Below, in pieces: positions 39,201 through 60,160 of a stretch of DNA of 64,000 bases (its first letter is position 1; the number at the start of each line of letters is the position of its first letter). Where the stretch lies: the NCBI RefSeq assembly GCF_964188315.1, contig NC_135657.1, positions 68,386,001 to 68,450,000 on the forward strand, read 5' to 3'. The notes below the pieces were generated by a model, which did no database searches, had not been told where the DNA came from, and saw nothing but the letters and a program-made list of their open reading frames with translations. The stretch comes from Podarcis muralis (lineage: Eukaryota). Made by a program: the position numbers and the translations under genes.

Positions 39201-39492
39201 TGATGAAAGATGCACCCCCAAGTGTCAGAACTTGGGCTTATAACTGAATACAGAATTATAAGGAAACCGGTTAACAGCTTTCTATAAAGCACAGAAAGAA
39301 GATATTGCAGAAATCAGCCCTTCCTTTTAAGAGGCTGGAAAACCTTCTTAAAATGATTTCAAATTCAAACTTGGAAGTGCTTTCTATTGCAAACTGTAAT
39401 AATAAAATAATTAACGCACCAGCCAAATAAGTGTCAAAATGAAGTTTTCAGCAATTGGAGAAGGTTAAAGGCATAGCTGCACAATATACCTC

Positions 39493-40482
39493 TTAGGCTT
39501 GTTTTTTTGATTTAAATTGAGGCGGCTGGATGGGTGGGTAAACGGAAAACTTGCTAGAATAGAGAGCGAGAGCCCACTTGGGGATGGTGATGAACCGAGG
39601 TATGAGGCGGAATAAACCGGCCAGTTTGGGCATCAGCTCCGAGAGGATGTCCCGCACCGAGAGGTAGTTGAAGACTTCCCTGCCGTCCACATCCTTGAAG
39701 CCGTAAAGGCGGGCGAGGTCCGGGTTGAGGAGCACCTTCCCGCTGTGGCGCATGACGCGCGGGTCGGACGCCAGGCTCACCACGCACTTCCCGCTCACTT
39801 CGGGGGTCTCTCCCATGGAGGCCATCTTCTCCTTCAGCTTCGCCATCATGGGCCCCGTCCTGTGCTCCACTTCCTTCGCCAGGCTCTCGGTGCGCACGAA
39901 GCCCGGCCACAGCGCCACCGAGGCCACGCCGAAGGGGCGCAGCTCGACGGCGCAGTCGGCGGCCAGGCGGTCGCAGGCGGCCTTGCCGATCCCGTAGGGC
40001 ACGTCGAACATGTAGCGCAGCCCTCCGGGCGACGAGATGGTGACGATCAGCCCCCTGCCGGCGGGCACCATCAGCCGGGCGGCGTAGACGGCGCAGATGT
40101 AGTGGCCCCGCAGGCCCGCGTTGTTGATCTGGTCCCACAGGGCCGTCGAGCTCTCCCAGAAGGGCAGCCCGAACCCCTCCACGATGGAGCCCACCCCGGA
40201 GAAGGCGTTGTTGACCAGCACGTCCAGGCGGCCCGCCTGCTCCTGCCGGACGCGCTCGAACAGCGCCACCACGTCTTCCTCCCGGGACGAGTCGCACACC
40301 ACCGGCACGCACTTCCCGCCGCGGGCCCGCACCTCCGTCGCCGCCTCCTCCAGCGCCTCGCGGTGCCGAGCCGTGATGTACACGGTGGCGCCCGCCCCGG
40401 ACAGCTGCAGCGCGATACCCTTGCCGATGCCTCGAGAGGCGCCCGTCACCACGCACACCTGCCCTGACAGAGGCTTGGCCAT
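39493..40482 (-). CDS. DHRS1: DHRS1-like short-chain dehydrogenase/reductase, single-exon (retrogene), 329 aa
   Basis: Uninterrupted ORF MAKPLSGQVCVVTGASRGIGKGIALQL...; TGxxxGxG, NNA and YxxxK (YGIGK) motifs intact; colinear with human DHRS1 through LYSSKF. Confidence 0.9.
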   Translation of the reverse strand: MAKPLSGQVCVVTGASRGIGKGIALQLSGAGATVYITARHREALEEAATEVRARGGKCVPVVCDSSREEDVVALFERVRQEQAGRLDVLVNNAFSGVGSIVEGFGLPFWESSTALWDQINNAGLRGHYICAVYAARLMVPAGRGLIVTISSPGGLRYMFDVPYGIGKAACDRLAADCAVELRPFGVASVALWPGFVRTESLAKEVEHRTGPMMAKLKEKMASMGETPEVSGKCVVSLASDPRVMRHSGKVLLNPDLARLYGFKDVDGREVFNYLSVRDILSELMPKLAGLFRLIPRFITIPKWALALYSSKFSVYPPIQPPQFKSKKQA

Positions 40483-40860
40483 GGCGGCGAGGCGAAGCGT
40501 TGCCAGGCGGATGAGAAGCGTGCAGGCCGCAGTCGGGCTGGAGCGGCGGCGGCGGCGGCGGCGGCGGCTGTCAGAGCTGCAGTGCCGGTCTGGGCGGTTG
40601 GGGAGCTCGGCTTAAAGGCCCTCCTCCTCCACGCGGCTCCTCCCGCGAACAGGCAGGGCGGGATCGGGCGGCGGGGAAGGCGCTGAAGGCGCGCGCGCGC
40701 GCGCCGTACGCGAAGCTGCACTTCGCCTCCCCAACGCGGCGCTCCCTCCACCTTCGCTGCTACGCCGGGAGGGGTCGGCAGGTGCCCGGGCGAGCTCTAC
40801 CCACCGCTCTACCCGCTTACCTAAGCCTGCTGCCCAATGTTTGCAGGGGTGACAAGCCTC
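39640..40860 (-). promoter_or_regulatory. CpG island covering the DHRS1-like promoter, 5' UTR and most of the CDS
   Basis: Very GC/CpG-rich; (CGG)n run at ~40544-40568, GC boxes, and a (GC)n run near 40689. Confidence 0.7.
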
Positions 40861-40916
40861 CCTGCCTTGAGCAGGGGAGCAACCCGCCTTGAAACAACCC
40901 GCAGTGCTTACTCCTG

Positions 40917-41362
40917 ACAGGTCTGCCGGATTTGTGTATAAGCTAAACAAGCTATAGCTTAGGGCCCCATTCTTTGGGGCCCTTAAAAATTTTAAAGGAA
41001 GAAAAACCTGGATGTACATTTCCAAAATATAAGATAAAAAACAAATAAAATAAAAGCTACATACAGCAACAGTGTTTTGTGTTGTGTAGGATTTTGAGAT
41101 GTAAGCTCCTGCTCGCCTGCTCCCTAAAATATCACTGGTTTGCTCATTTCTGTATATAGGGTGCCTACATTCTGCATGGACTGGTTGCATGGCAACATGT
41201 GCAAATGGCTTTAAGATCACTATTAGGTCCATAAATGATCAAATAGCATATATTCAACACAAAAACAGCGACAATTTGTTGTTGACAAAGGACAGCTGGA
41301 CATATAAAGGGCCCCATTACCTTCAGTAGCTTAGGGCCTCATCAAACCTAAATCCAGCCCTG
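40917..41362. mobile_element. hAT-like MITE, second copy
   Basis: Colinear with 24504-25185 minus the Bov-B insertion; ends agcttagggcctcatcaaacctaaatccagccctg. Confidence 0.72.
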
Positions 41363-43989
41363 TTCCCACCACAAGTGAATAGTAAAGAGAACCCACAGAA
41401 GTGGCGCTGACACAAAACCCCACACATACACTAAGTAGAATAGAAGCATTGCTGCCTGACGCCACCCCACCCACCATTCCCCTCTCCACCTCTTTCCCCC
41501 TTTTCTTCCTAATGTAACACTAATGTCTCAACAAGTGAAACTGATCTGTAGAAAATGTAACTTGAAAAAAGAGACATTGCAATACTTTTGTAAACCAAGA
41601 AATATTTAATAAAAAATGTATTTTTTTAAAAAAAAAGCAACAACCCGCAGTGTGAGAAAGGCAGAGAGTTTCAGTGTAAATAACAGACTACTTATGAATT
41701 ACTACTTGGAGCCAATACTTTGCTTGAACACCTTGTTCAAATCAAGGTGGATGGAGGACACAGGTATGTGTTAAAGGCAAAAATTAGCATCCAAGTTAAA
41801 TTTAGATTGGCTGCTCTGCCCACCTTTGCCTATGGCTTGTAGTCCTCAGAAAGTTGTCCAAAAGGGAATTCAGCCCATCGGATAAAAAAAGTTCCTCACC
41901 TCTAATTAAGAATGTAAAATTGAAAATTCAATAAAAATTATTATAAAAACAAACATTCCCCCAGTTGCCTGTAAATGACAGGACACTTGCTTTTATAGTC
42001 ATTCCCTGGAAGGGAAGCAAACAGTCTCAGTAAGGTAGTGGTTCCCCTGCATTTTGGTTTGGTGACCCTCTGTAAGGTGTGTGCCTGTGGCAGACCAGCC
42101 CCTACTTCATTGGGAGCTGGAGATTTGGCAACCCAAAAAAGGCACCCAGCACACACTCACCTTGTACCCCAAAGTCCACATTTCACATGCATTTGGTGAG
42201 AAGAAAAGGCATCTAAAGCTTGGTTTTAGTTAGAAAGAAGGCTATCTGAGCTCTGTCTAGATACCTACGCTCCCAATGATGCAATATTGGATTCAGACCA
42301 CAGGCCTGAAGGGGATTTCTGTTGCCCCAGAGCAACCATGGAGGTGTACAAATCCCATCCCTGCGTTTTGGTCAGAGCTGCTTCACAGACAGAGTTGTAT
42401 TCCATTCCTTCCGCCCTTGAGCCTAAGAGAAGCAACTTCTGACACATGCTCTTTCTTGTAGCAATAGGAACTTTTTCTCTCTTTAGAGTTACAAATGGGT
42501 AAGTTTTAATAATGAATGCTACTATGCAGCCCCATAATCTCTCTCTCTCTCTTTTCTTACAATAAAATAAAGCTTTGCTTTAGTTTGGGTTTGGATCTAC
42601 ATTCTGGGTTATATGCATACCATTCAGGTAGATTCAATGACCTGGTTTCTCACTTGCAAAACATCCCTCTCCTCTTGAGGTGGTGTGTTTAAAGGGATAT
42701 GCATTTTGCCAACAAGTAGGTCAATATGAACTTTGATGGTAGTCGGTCCCAGATAATTATTGACACACAGCCTGCTACTTAGTTTCATCCCCATAACAGT
42801 CATTGCTGGAAATCCTGACTCACAAGGATTTATGTACTACTAAATGGTATCATCACAGACATTGCTTCACCAACAAGCTAAGGATACTCAGTTGGTAATG
42901 CAGCGATTTTCGTAGCATGAAGTCAAAATCTGGGTAATCTCATTTCCCAAGAATTGGCTTTGAGGATCCTAGCAGATGACAATGAGTTGATCTTTTTGCA
43001 TAAAGACAATTTTGTGACAACAGAGTGGCTTCTCTGTTTCCAAGTAAAATGCACTTGTGATGTGATGGCACTGTAAAGGGAAGTGGAAGTATATATATAT
43101 TTTAAAATCAAAATAAAGATGACAAATACTGCTGTATCTGATAACAACAGCCACAACAAAGCACTGGGTGTGTAACTGCAGCTTAGAACTAAGATGTACA
43201 TTTTGATAATGACAACCCAGGATATTAGCAGGGATGAAAGACATAATCACTGCCAAGTGCTTTCCACATATTAAGTGTTACATATTAACATAATAACAAT
43301 AATTGTTGTTGTTGGCATCTGTCTGTCTCTGCAGGCAATGGAGGAATGTGCCTCTGCAGGTGAAGTCAAACTGTTGGAGGGTTACATGCCATGGCAGGAC
43401 AGAGTCTCAAACAATAACATTGACCACACCTTGGCCTGCAATTACAGCATATGAAGAAGCTTGTTGAAGAAATGCCACTGAACTTTATTTTATTTTAAAG
43501 AGAATTTACAGAGGGATGAATTGCCTACAAGAAATCATGGAAGTGATTTCAGCATTCATGAATAACCCTTGTGCTTAGGTCTACTCTTGCCCTTCATTGG
43601 AAACATAATGAATCTAGACAAAGCAGTAAAAAAACAGAAGAGTTGGGAAAGGGTTTAACCCAGCAGAAAATAAGCGAGAAGTTCCTAAAAAGGCGCCATC
43701 AAGTGAGTGGGTCTACCAGGAGGGAAATGCACCATACAAAATGGCAGCCAAGTATTAAGAACCTGGAAAATCACCCCCAAGCAAGACCTAGGAAATTTCT
43801 GACCTGATGGCCACAGGGCAAGCAGAAGCCCCAGCAGACCAAACACGCAAACAGCACCCACAATTCTGTTGAAGAAGAGGAGAAAAACAGTATATGTTGC
43901 TTTTTCGTGGCAAATCAGCAGGGGCAGGCAGTGTGTCCAAGGTTGTTTACTGGTTTTATCAGGTGCAAAGGTTGCCCTCCTTTTGTTCT

Positions 43990-44314
43990 CAAGAAGGGCC
44001 GTTTTGAGCTGCACACACCCAGTGCTTTGTTCTGGGGGAAACCATTTCTGCGGGGAGGTCCGCGAAGCCTGGACGCGCTGATCTCAGCACGCGCAGGCTT
44101 CGGCATGCCAGCAACTCTCCGCAAGCAGTGGGAGCGCTCCCGCTGCTTGTGGAGAGGTCCGCGAAGCCTGGAGAGCGAGAGGGGTTGGTGCGCACTGACC
44201 CCTCTCGCTCTCCAGGCTTCAGGGAAAGCCTGCATTCGCCCCATAAGACGCACACACATTTCCCCTTCATTTTTGGAGGGGAAAAAAGTGTGTCCTATAG
44301 GGCGAAAAATACGG
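43990..44314. mobile_element. Right half of a Mariner-type element related to 30257-31245
   Basis: Ends ...cctatagggcgaaaaatacgg|TA; shares gcctgcattcgccccata(a/g)gacgcacacacatttccccttca with the 31.2 kb end. Confidence 0.75.
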
Positions 44315-45381
44315 TACTTGTTGCATTTCTTAGCAATACAACCCAAGAAGCATATGGAGAATTACGGTAATTAGAAGTGATTTTCAGGCTTAATTGGCAC
44401 TTTGTTTGTTTATCCATATTAAGTGCTCTCTTTTATTGTTATTTCTTTTTTTTATTATGTACTGAAATATTTATAAACCACCCCTTCACCTAATATATCA
44501 CAAGGTGGTATATCCTGATTTAGTGTGTTAAATGGAATATGTCCTACCAATTTCTTGAAGCCTCCCCCCCCCCCCCCCGAGAAGATTTCCCTGTTTCTTC
44601 CTCATTCCTCTGGTATCTTGGGATTTCTTTAGGATTACAGTGGGGAAGTCTAGGGAGCCCAGTCTCAGATAAAAGGGCTGTGTTGCCAATTTTTGTGCCT
44701 AGATAGGACATGATTGAAGGCACTGACAAGAAGCTTTGTGGGATTGATCAAGAGCTGAGAAGGAATTGGCAAGAGTTCCCAACAGACAACAGTCTTTCAT
44801 TTCCTATGGATCCATTTCCAGGGGGCTCTTTTTTGCTTCCTTCCCACCTCCCCTGAGTACAAGAATGAGTGTCAGGATGGCAGCACTGACCAAACTATGA
44901 TGCCAGGCAGCATAAAGTGAGGCCAAGGGCTGCTATTTTGCATGCTGCACACATGCACTCGAGATGCTAGGCATAAATAAGTAAAATAAAATATGAAAGC
45001 TGTAACTCAGCCCAGAGTCTATTTGGAGGAAAGGCAACATAAAAATATCCGGAGACAGTCAGGGACTATTCGGGGCCAAGGGGCTGGCTCCACACTGCGG
45101 CTGGCCTAACCGGATGTAAACCTGACTGGGCGTCTGGCAAGTAGCTTGGTGACTCCACACTGTCCCAATTGCTATGTGAACAGGAGAGATGGCAGGACTA
45201 GAGGGAAAGGCAGTCAAAAGGGAGGCTGGAGGATGCATCAGAGACCATTAGCCTGGGGTCTCATGCTCCCACAGCTGCTGTTTAATCCAGGCAAACAGTG
45301 AAGTCAACAAGGGAAGACTATGGAGAGGGAAACAATGGAGTCATGGTGAGAGAGTTGCCTAGTGCTGCCTTATTGTGCTGG

Positions 45382-45730
45382 TGGCACTATGGTCTATACC
45401 ACTGAGTCTCTTGGGCTTGCTGATCAGAAGGTGAGTGGTTTGAATCCCCATAATGAAGTGAGCTCTGTCCCAGCTCCTGCCAACCTAGCAGTTCAAAAGC
45501 ATGCCAGTGTAAGTAGATAAATAGGTACCGCTGTGGCAGGAAGGTAAATGGTGTTTCCATGTGCTCTGGTTTCCGTCACAGTGTTCTGTTGCACCAGATG
45601 ACCACATGACCTAGAAAGCTGTCTGTGGACAAATGCCAGCTCCCTTGGCCTGAAAGTGAAATGAACGCCACAACCCCATAGTCACCTTTGACTGGACTTA
45701 ACTGTCTAGGGGCCCTTTACCTTACCTTTC
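45382..45730 (+). mobile_element. Older Sauria SINE
   Basis: Degenerate B box (gtttgaatcc), body aagtagataaataggtacc, tail tttaccttaccttt. Confidence 0.75.
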
Positions 45731-46133
45731 CCTTTCCCTTGCTGGGCAGAGTAAGCACAGTAGCAAGGTGGGTTAGAAACCCCATCCTTGTCTCTGGAAA
45801 GAGGCTCTCTCAGGAATGAGGAAAGATCAGACAAGAAGAATTAAAGGACAGTGGGAGGGCAAAATAGTAAAGGACTGGGGTGAGTAGAAAGCAGCACCAT
45901 TAAAAAAAATGGAATTATAGGAAGGGGGGAAATGTTTTGTTGCATTGATGCTGAGCCAAGTTTCTGTTCCTTAAATGATGGACTTTTATGTCACTCACCT
46001 CTAATGGAAGGGAGACATAGGATTGTGCAGAAGTACTTCACAAAATGACTTTTCTATTTCCTTGTGATTTCCCATTTTAGCGTAACCTGGGAACTGTGCT
46101 CTCCTCTTTATTCTTATACAGGCAGCCATTGCA

Positions 46134-50866
<4,733 letters not shown>

Positions 50867-53800
50867 GTCTCCTTCCAGCTTGAAAGAAGAAAATTGTATA
50901 CAGTGTGGGACACGATTAATCCATAGCTTTTGTCAACGGAGAGGATAAAAAAACCACTTAAAACATTCTTTGTGCATCACAATATGCTGTTCATTCTAAA
51001 ATATGCTGAACATGTTTATTAAATATCTTTCCTATTTACATTGGTACCTTCTTTCTTCCACAATGAGATGTCGATAATATACTGTTTCTGGGGAAACCCA
51101 TTTTTTTAGCCCTGAATCAGAGCCAGTGTTAATCCATGGAAAACCCAATGGCTGTCTGCTCCAATTTAGCAGTAAAGGTCAGGTTTTCCCAGGAGAAAGC
51201 AGCGGGAAAAGCTGAAGGTTGGATGAGCAGCCCTGACTCTTTCCTGAGTAAATGGTTTAGTTGGGCTTCTTGGAGCATGGCTAAATTGGACACTATACTT
51301 GAGAATATTTCTAGGAACTTTTTCTATGTCTTGCATGTGTGTACCAGTTGTCCAGATCTTGAGAATTTTGCAGGAGTCCATCTAAAGCTGTGTTGGAACC
51401 AAGCAAGAAATATTATGCATAGAGTTGTTTGCTAAGGTCCTTCTCTAGAACAGTGTGTCATCTGTTATAGCATCTGCCAATCCATGTGCTGCAAATAAAT
51501 GGTGGAGAGCTGTGATTGTTGGAACACATGCTGGTGAGTATTTCAAGTCATTTTGACTAGAAGTCTTCCACAATTTCACTTGGGATGGATCTATACACAG
51601 GTGGGGGGACGGGACCACTATAAATAAGTCAGAAATTAAATCGTTATAGCAAAAGGGGAAAAAAAGTGATGTAAACTAGCAAAGAATTATTTTTGTTCTC
51701 CAGTGCCATCTGGTGTTGCATATTTATAATGCACTCAAAGTGCTGGGTTTTTTTTTTTTTTTTACTAATGTAGCTGAGTCCTTGGTCTGAAAGAATGATG
51801 TGTTGCCCATACTTTGAGATGTGCAGTGAATTTTTCTAAAAAAAAATGTTCATGGATACTCTCATTTTGATTCAAGAAAATCGCCATTTTATAGTTCGAA
51901 TCGAGAAAAATAAATACAGTAAATGGACAAAAGTACAAGATTCACAAAATGTTTAGGGGTATACGTAGCCCTGTGTCCCCCCAGAGAAAAAGACACTAGA
52001 GATGAGGAACTTGTGACACATGTAGTCCATAATATGCACTAACCCTGTTTTGTGTTTTATGGCACTGAACAATCACCTTAAAAGCTTCATTCATAAACAA
52101 ATTTATTAAGCGGGTAAGTCTTCATGAATACAGTTTGATTTACTTCAGGTAAACATTCAGAGGACTCTGCTGCTTGTTGCTTTCTCACCTTTGGCCCCTG
52201 AAGAATGGTTAGGTAATTGGCGTGACAAAGTCTGATTCCAGAGGAACTCACCTGACCCCAAGCCCCAAGGATGATAAACTTTGCAAGGGGCCCAAAACTT
52301 TGACCCGAGTGGATTTGAACAAGTGGTTCAGTGGGGGAACTTATTTGAACTTCAATATAAAATTGCCTCACAAGCATTTTAGATGGAGAAAGCACTCGAT
52401 TCCTACTGAATGGCAATCATTAATCAGAATTCAAGCCCATGCCAGCCTATAGGAAAAAAGCTGCACCTTTATACTGTTTGATAAGAGACAAGTTTGATAA
52501 GAGACAAGTGCACCCAGAATGTATTATTTGCATTCTTTGACACACATACTCTACAGTTCACACAGCAAACACGATCACGTGAAAAAGCACAGATTCCATC
52601 ATTTGCAGCTTATAAGAATACGTGAATAAAAATGGTTCTTTGTACTCTTCCAAGAGTTTAGCAACACACACATTCATTGAATCTCACATTTTAGCCAGAC
52701 TCTGGTATTTATAAACTGCCATAATATGATTTAGTACAGGTTATGCCATTCTCTGCTTCTTCAAAGTCTTTAGAGTATGGATGAGTGACTCTTATCTTTT
52801 TTGTTTCCTCTCACTTTCTCACATTTTCACTGTTCTTTTTGGTTCACCATACTTCTGCACCAGTCTGTGTTTTTTAGAAGAAAAAAGTTCATGAAAATTT
52901 TTAGTGTCAGCATTTTAGTGTGCATTTCTCTTGATATACAAATTTATAGACAAACATGTTTAATACACACACAATGGTTTTTCTTAATATAACACTTTCT
53001 GTAGGATATTTGGCTAAAATAAGCATTATATCATATTATTTGTATAATAAACATGGTCCCTTTCCGTTGGAAAGCTGTTTTGCATAATTTGGATATGTGT
53101 GAATTTTGATGGATGAACTGTAGCTGTATTTCTGTTCACATATTGTTTCAGGAAGTTGAAATTTGGTTGACACATTAAACCATGTGTAAATACATGTGTA
53201 TTTACACATTAAACCTTGTGTAAATACTCTTTAAAGACACTGCCTTTCAATATAAGCTCAGAGTCTTCCTTCTGTGCCTGTATATGTTTTTCCTCAGAGT
53301 GGATTTTACACACACACAGCCCAGGAGTTACACTCCTAGCCAGTTGAACCCCAGAACCAAACTCTCCCCTCTGCCCTCTAATTCTCTCTATTGCTTTTTC
53401 TCTTGATGTCCAAATTGCTGACTCCACCCACCTCTGCTTAGCTGTGCCCACAGCCAGGGACACTGAGTATATGGGGTGGAGGGGGCTTCAGCCCCCTCAA
53501 TATTTGGGGGCATAGGGCTCAGACCCACTTGAAGAGGAGATGTGCGTGGTGCAGACCAGTTGAGGAGAGTGACAGTCTTGACAGCTCCTTCACATGCTGG
53601 AGCCAGGTTCCGATGGGAGCCTGTTGGGGAGGCCCAGTCACCCCCACCAGAAAATGTGTCTGGTGGATAGTGGACTGAGTGGGTCTGGCTGGGCTGGGGG
53701 GGTGTCATGCATGTGACATCATGAATATGTGATGCACTCCCCCAATGTTTGGCCCAACTTGGCGCACCTGTCCACAGCCTATGAGAAGGAGGCTACAGCT

Positions 53801-55407
53801 CAGTACTCTGGTGGAATTCTGAAGCATTGCATACTCTAGTCTTTCTGAGCTTTCCGTCAGAGATGACTTGTAAGGGCACTTAAACATCTATCAGTCCAAC
53901 ATATTTGGAATGGAGAGTACGGCATAAAATATTTGGGGGAGTAAGACATAAAGGTTACTACTTTTCTTAGATAGATTTCTAAAACAACCAATGCTAATTA
54001 TTTAGTAAGTTTTATTAAAACAAATAGGGACTGTTTTGGAGTTAAAGCTGGTGTTATTGGGGTGTAAATCAGTGCAGGCATGTGTGTATGAATAGACATC
54101 CATTGGTGAATCTCAGGTCTCTCTTACCATTTGAGCCCATTTTCTACTAGTGGACCTGAGCAGACATAATACTGCATTTATTTCTTAAACGGGCAAACAC
54201 CACTTTTGATCTTGGCTTTTGCTTGTGCAAAGAAACAAGTTACTCCCCTGTTGTTCTTTACATTATCGGCCTCTATGCACCTGTGTTACCTTTCTTTTCT
54301 TGCATAACTTGCCAGGAATGATTTACTAAGGAGGAGCCATCGATTTAATCAAATTCTTATTAGTTAACAGAATTCTATAAAGCAGTTTCCTTGAGAGCTC
54401 TGAACTTGAGCCTTGAAAAGCTGAAATACTCCAAGCTGCAAAAGAAATCGCTCTCTCCCTCTCTCCCCCACACTTTTCGACTCTAAAAACAAAAGGTAGG
54501 TAAGTTTTCTTGTAAATTAAACTTTCCAGGGAAAAGCAGGACTACTGAATGACAAACAACTAATCTACTCTTTCTTGAATGAGTCCTAAGGGGCAACAAG
54601 GCATTTCATTGATGCATGAAAACTCTTGTCACAGTTCATATTCCTTTCTGGTGTGACAACATTTGTGTTACCAGAGATTAATAGTTATTTTGAGGGGACT
54701 GAATGTGAACTCCCATTGTGCAAGTGGAACCCTGCTCATTCGGCATGGGATACAACCCTTAATTTATATATTGTAAAATCAATCAGAGTATTTTTCTTGT
54801 TACTATTTTGTACATACAATGTTTTCCACTAAACAATTGTTGCATTTCTTAGCAATGAAACGCAAGAATTAAAGTGATTCTCAGGCTTAATGGCACTGTA
54901 TGTCATAGGGGGAGTAGAACAGAAATAAATCTCTCCAACAATGCCAGGAACAGTCAGAGGCTAACACTGAAAGGAAAACTGGTTTTGCCCCAGTTGCTTA
55001 TCATCATCATCATCATCATCATCATGATTATTATCATTACCATTAATATTATTACCCCATCCATGCCGTTCATAAAGCACCCAGGAGGAATTTGCAAGTG
55101 TTCCAATTGCAGGGGGAAGTTTTTTGCTTCCTTCCCACCTCCCCTGAGTACAGGAATGAGTGTGAGGATAGCAGCACTAACCAAACTATGATGCCAGGCA
55201 GCATAAAGTGAGGCCAAGGATTGCTATTTTGCATGCTGCACACATGCACTGACCAAACAACCGTGTCAGGGTGAAAGAGGAAAGCCTTATTGTGCAGGGC
55301 AAAGCCAGCGCAGTAGCAAGGTGAGTTGTCTCTGGAGAGAGGCTCTCAAAATAATGAGGAAGGGTCAGATGAAGAAGAATTAAAGAGCAGCGGGAAGGCA
55401 CCTCAGT

Positions 55408-55409
55408 CT

Positions 55410-55455
<46 letters not shown>
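55408..55455. repeat. (AAC)n microsatellite; an (ATC)n run also lies near 55000-55030
   Basis: Direct reading. Confidence 0.85.
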
Positions 55456-55456
<1 letters not shown>

Positions 55457-55681
55457 AAAGTGCAAAGGCTAGGTGAGTTGCTTCAATGATGAACCAAGCC
55501 TCTGTTCTTTAAATGATGGGCCTTTATGTTGCTCACCTGCGATGGAAGAGAAGCATGGGATTCTGCTATGGGATCTGCAAAAAGAGTAGGATTTCACAAA
55601 ATGACATCTCTATTTCTTTCTGATTTCCTGCTGTCGCATAATAGAGGTAACTGTTCTCATCTCTTTATTCTTATGCAGGCA

Positions 55682-59653
<3,972 letters not shown>

Positions 59654-60160
59654 GTAAGTTATCAAAATGCTATCCAGTCTGATATTAAACATCCATCAAA
59701 ACACTCCTTTAAAAAATGGAGGAAGGAAGCAATTTGATTATTCAAGTGCCCTCAGCTGCTTCTTCCCCTGCTAGTCTCGCTTCCTTTCCTAAAGACTCTT
59801 CAAAGCCTAGCAAGCCATGGATTCAGGAGCAGCTTTTCGGACCCTAGACAGCAAATAGTGCATATAACCATTTCCCCTGAGGGATTATGGGGCTATAAAT
59901 AAAGTGTCATGATCCCAAGCAAGATATGTCATTTCACAGGCCCTCTGATGCTGAGGAGAGATGTCACAGAACCTCCCTTGTGTCTTCAACAGGGACATTT
60001 ATTTATTTACTTGTGGACTCAGAGCTGCCCCAGAATATAATGCATTCTGCATGGCTCATAGAATAAAAGCAACAATGAAAGTACAATATGATGCAATGGC
60101 AATTATTACAAACTAGGCAAAGAAAGATGCAGGCTGCTTGTTTCTCCTGCTTGTAATCCT

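Noticed and set aside
39554-40751. Long overlapping ORFs (300 aa minus, 240 aa and 164 aa plus) over DHRS1
   Set aside because: Shadow frames expected from very high GC content; no recognisable domains.
42700-43260. Short open frames (ELALRILADDNELIFLHK...) resembling a decayed coding exon
   Set aside because: No recognisable homology or consistent splice context.
36400-46000. RSPH4A, the human neighbour of ZUP1
   Set aside because: No recognisable exons seen by eye; it may lie beyond the SULT cluster, so no loss is claimed.
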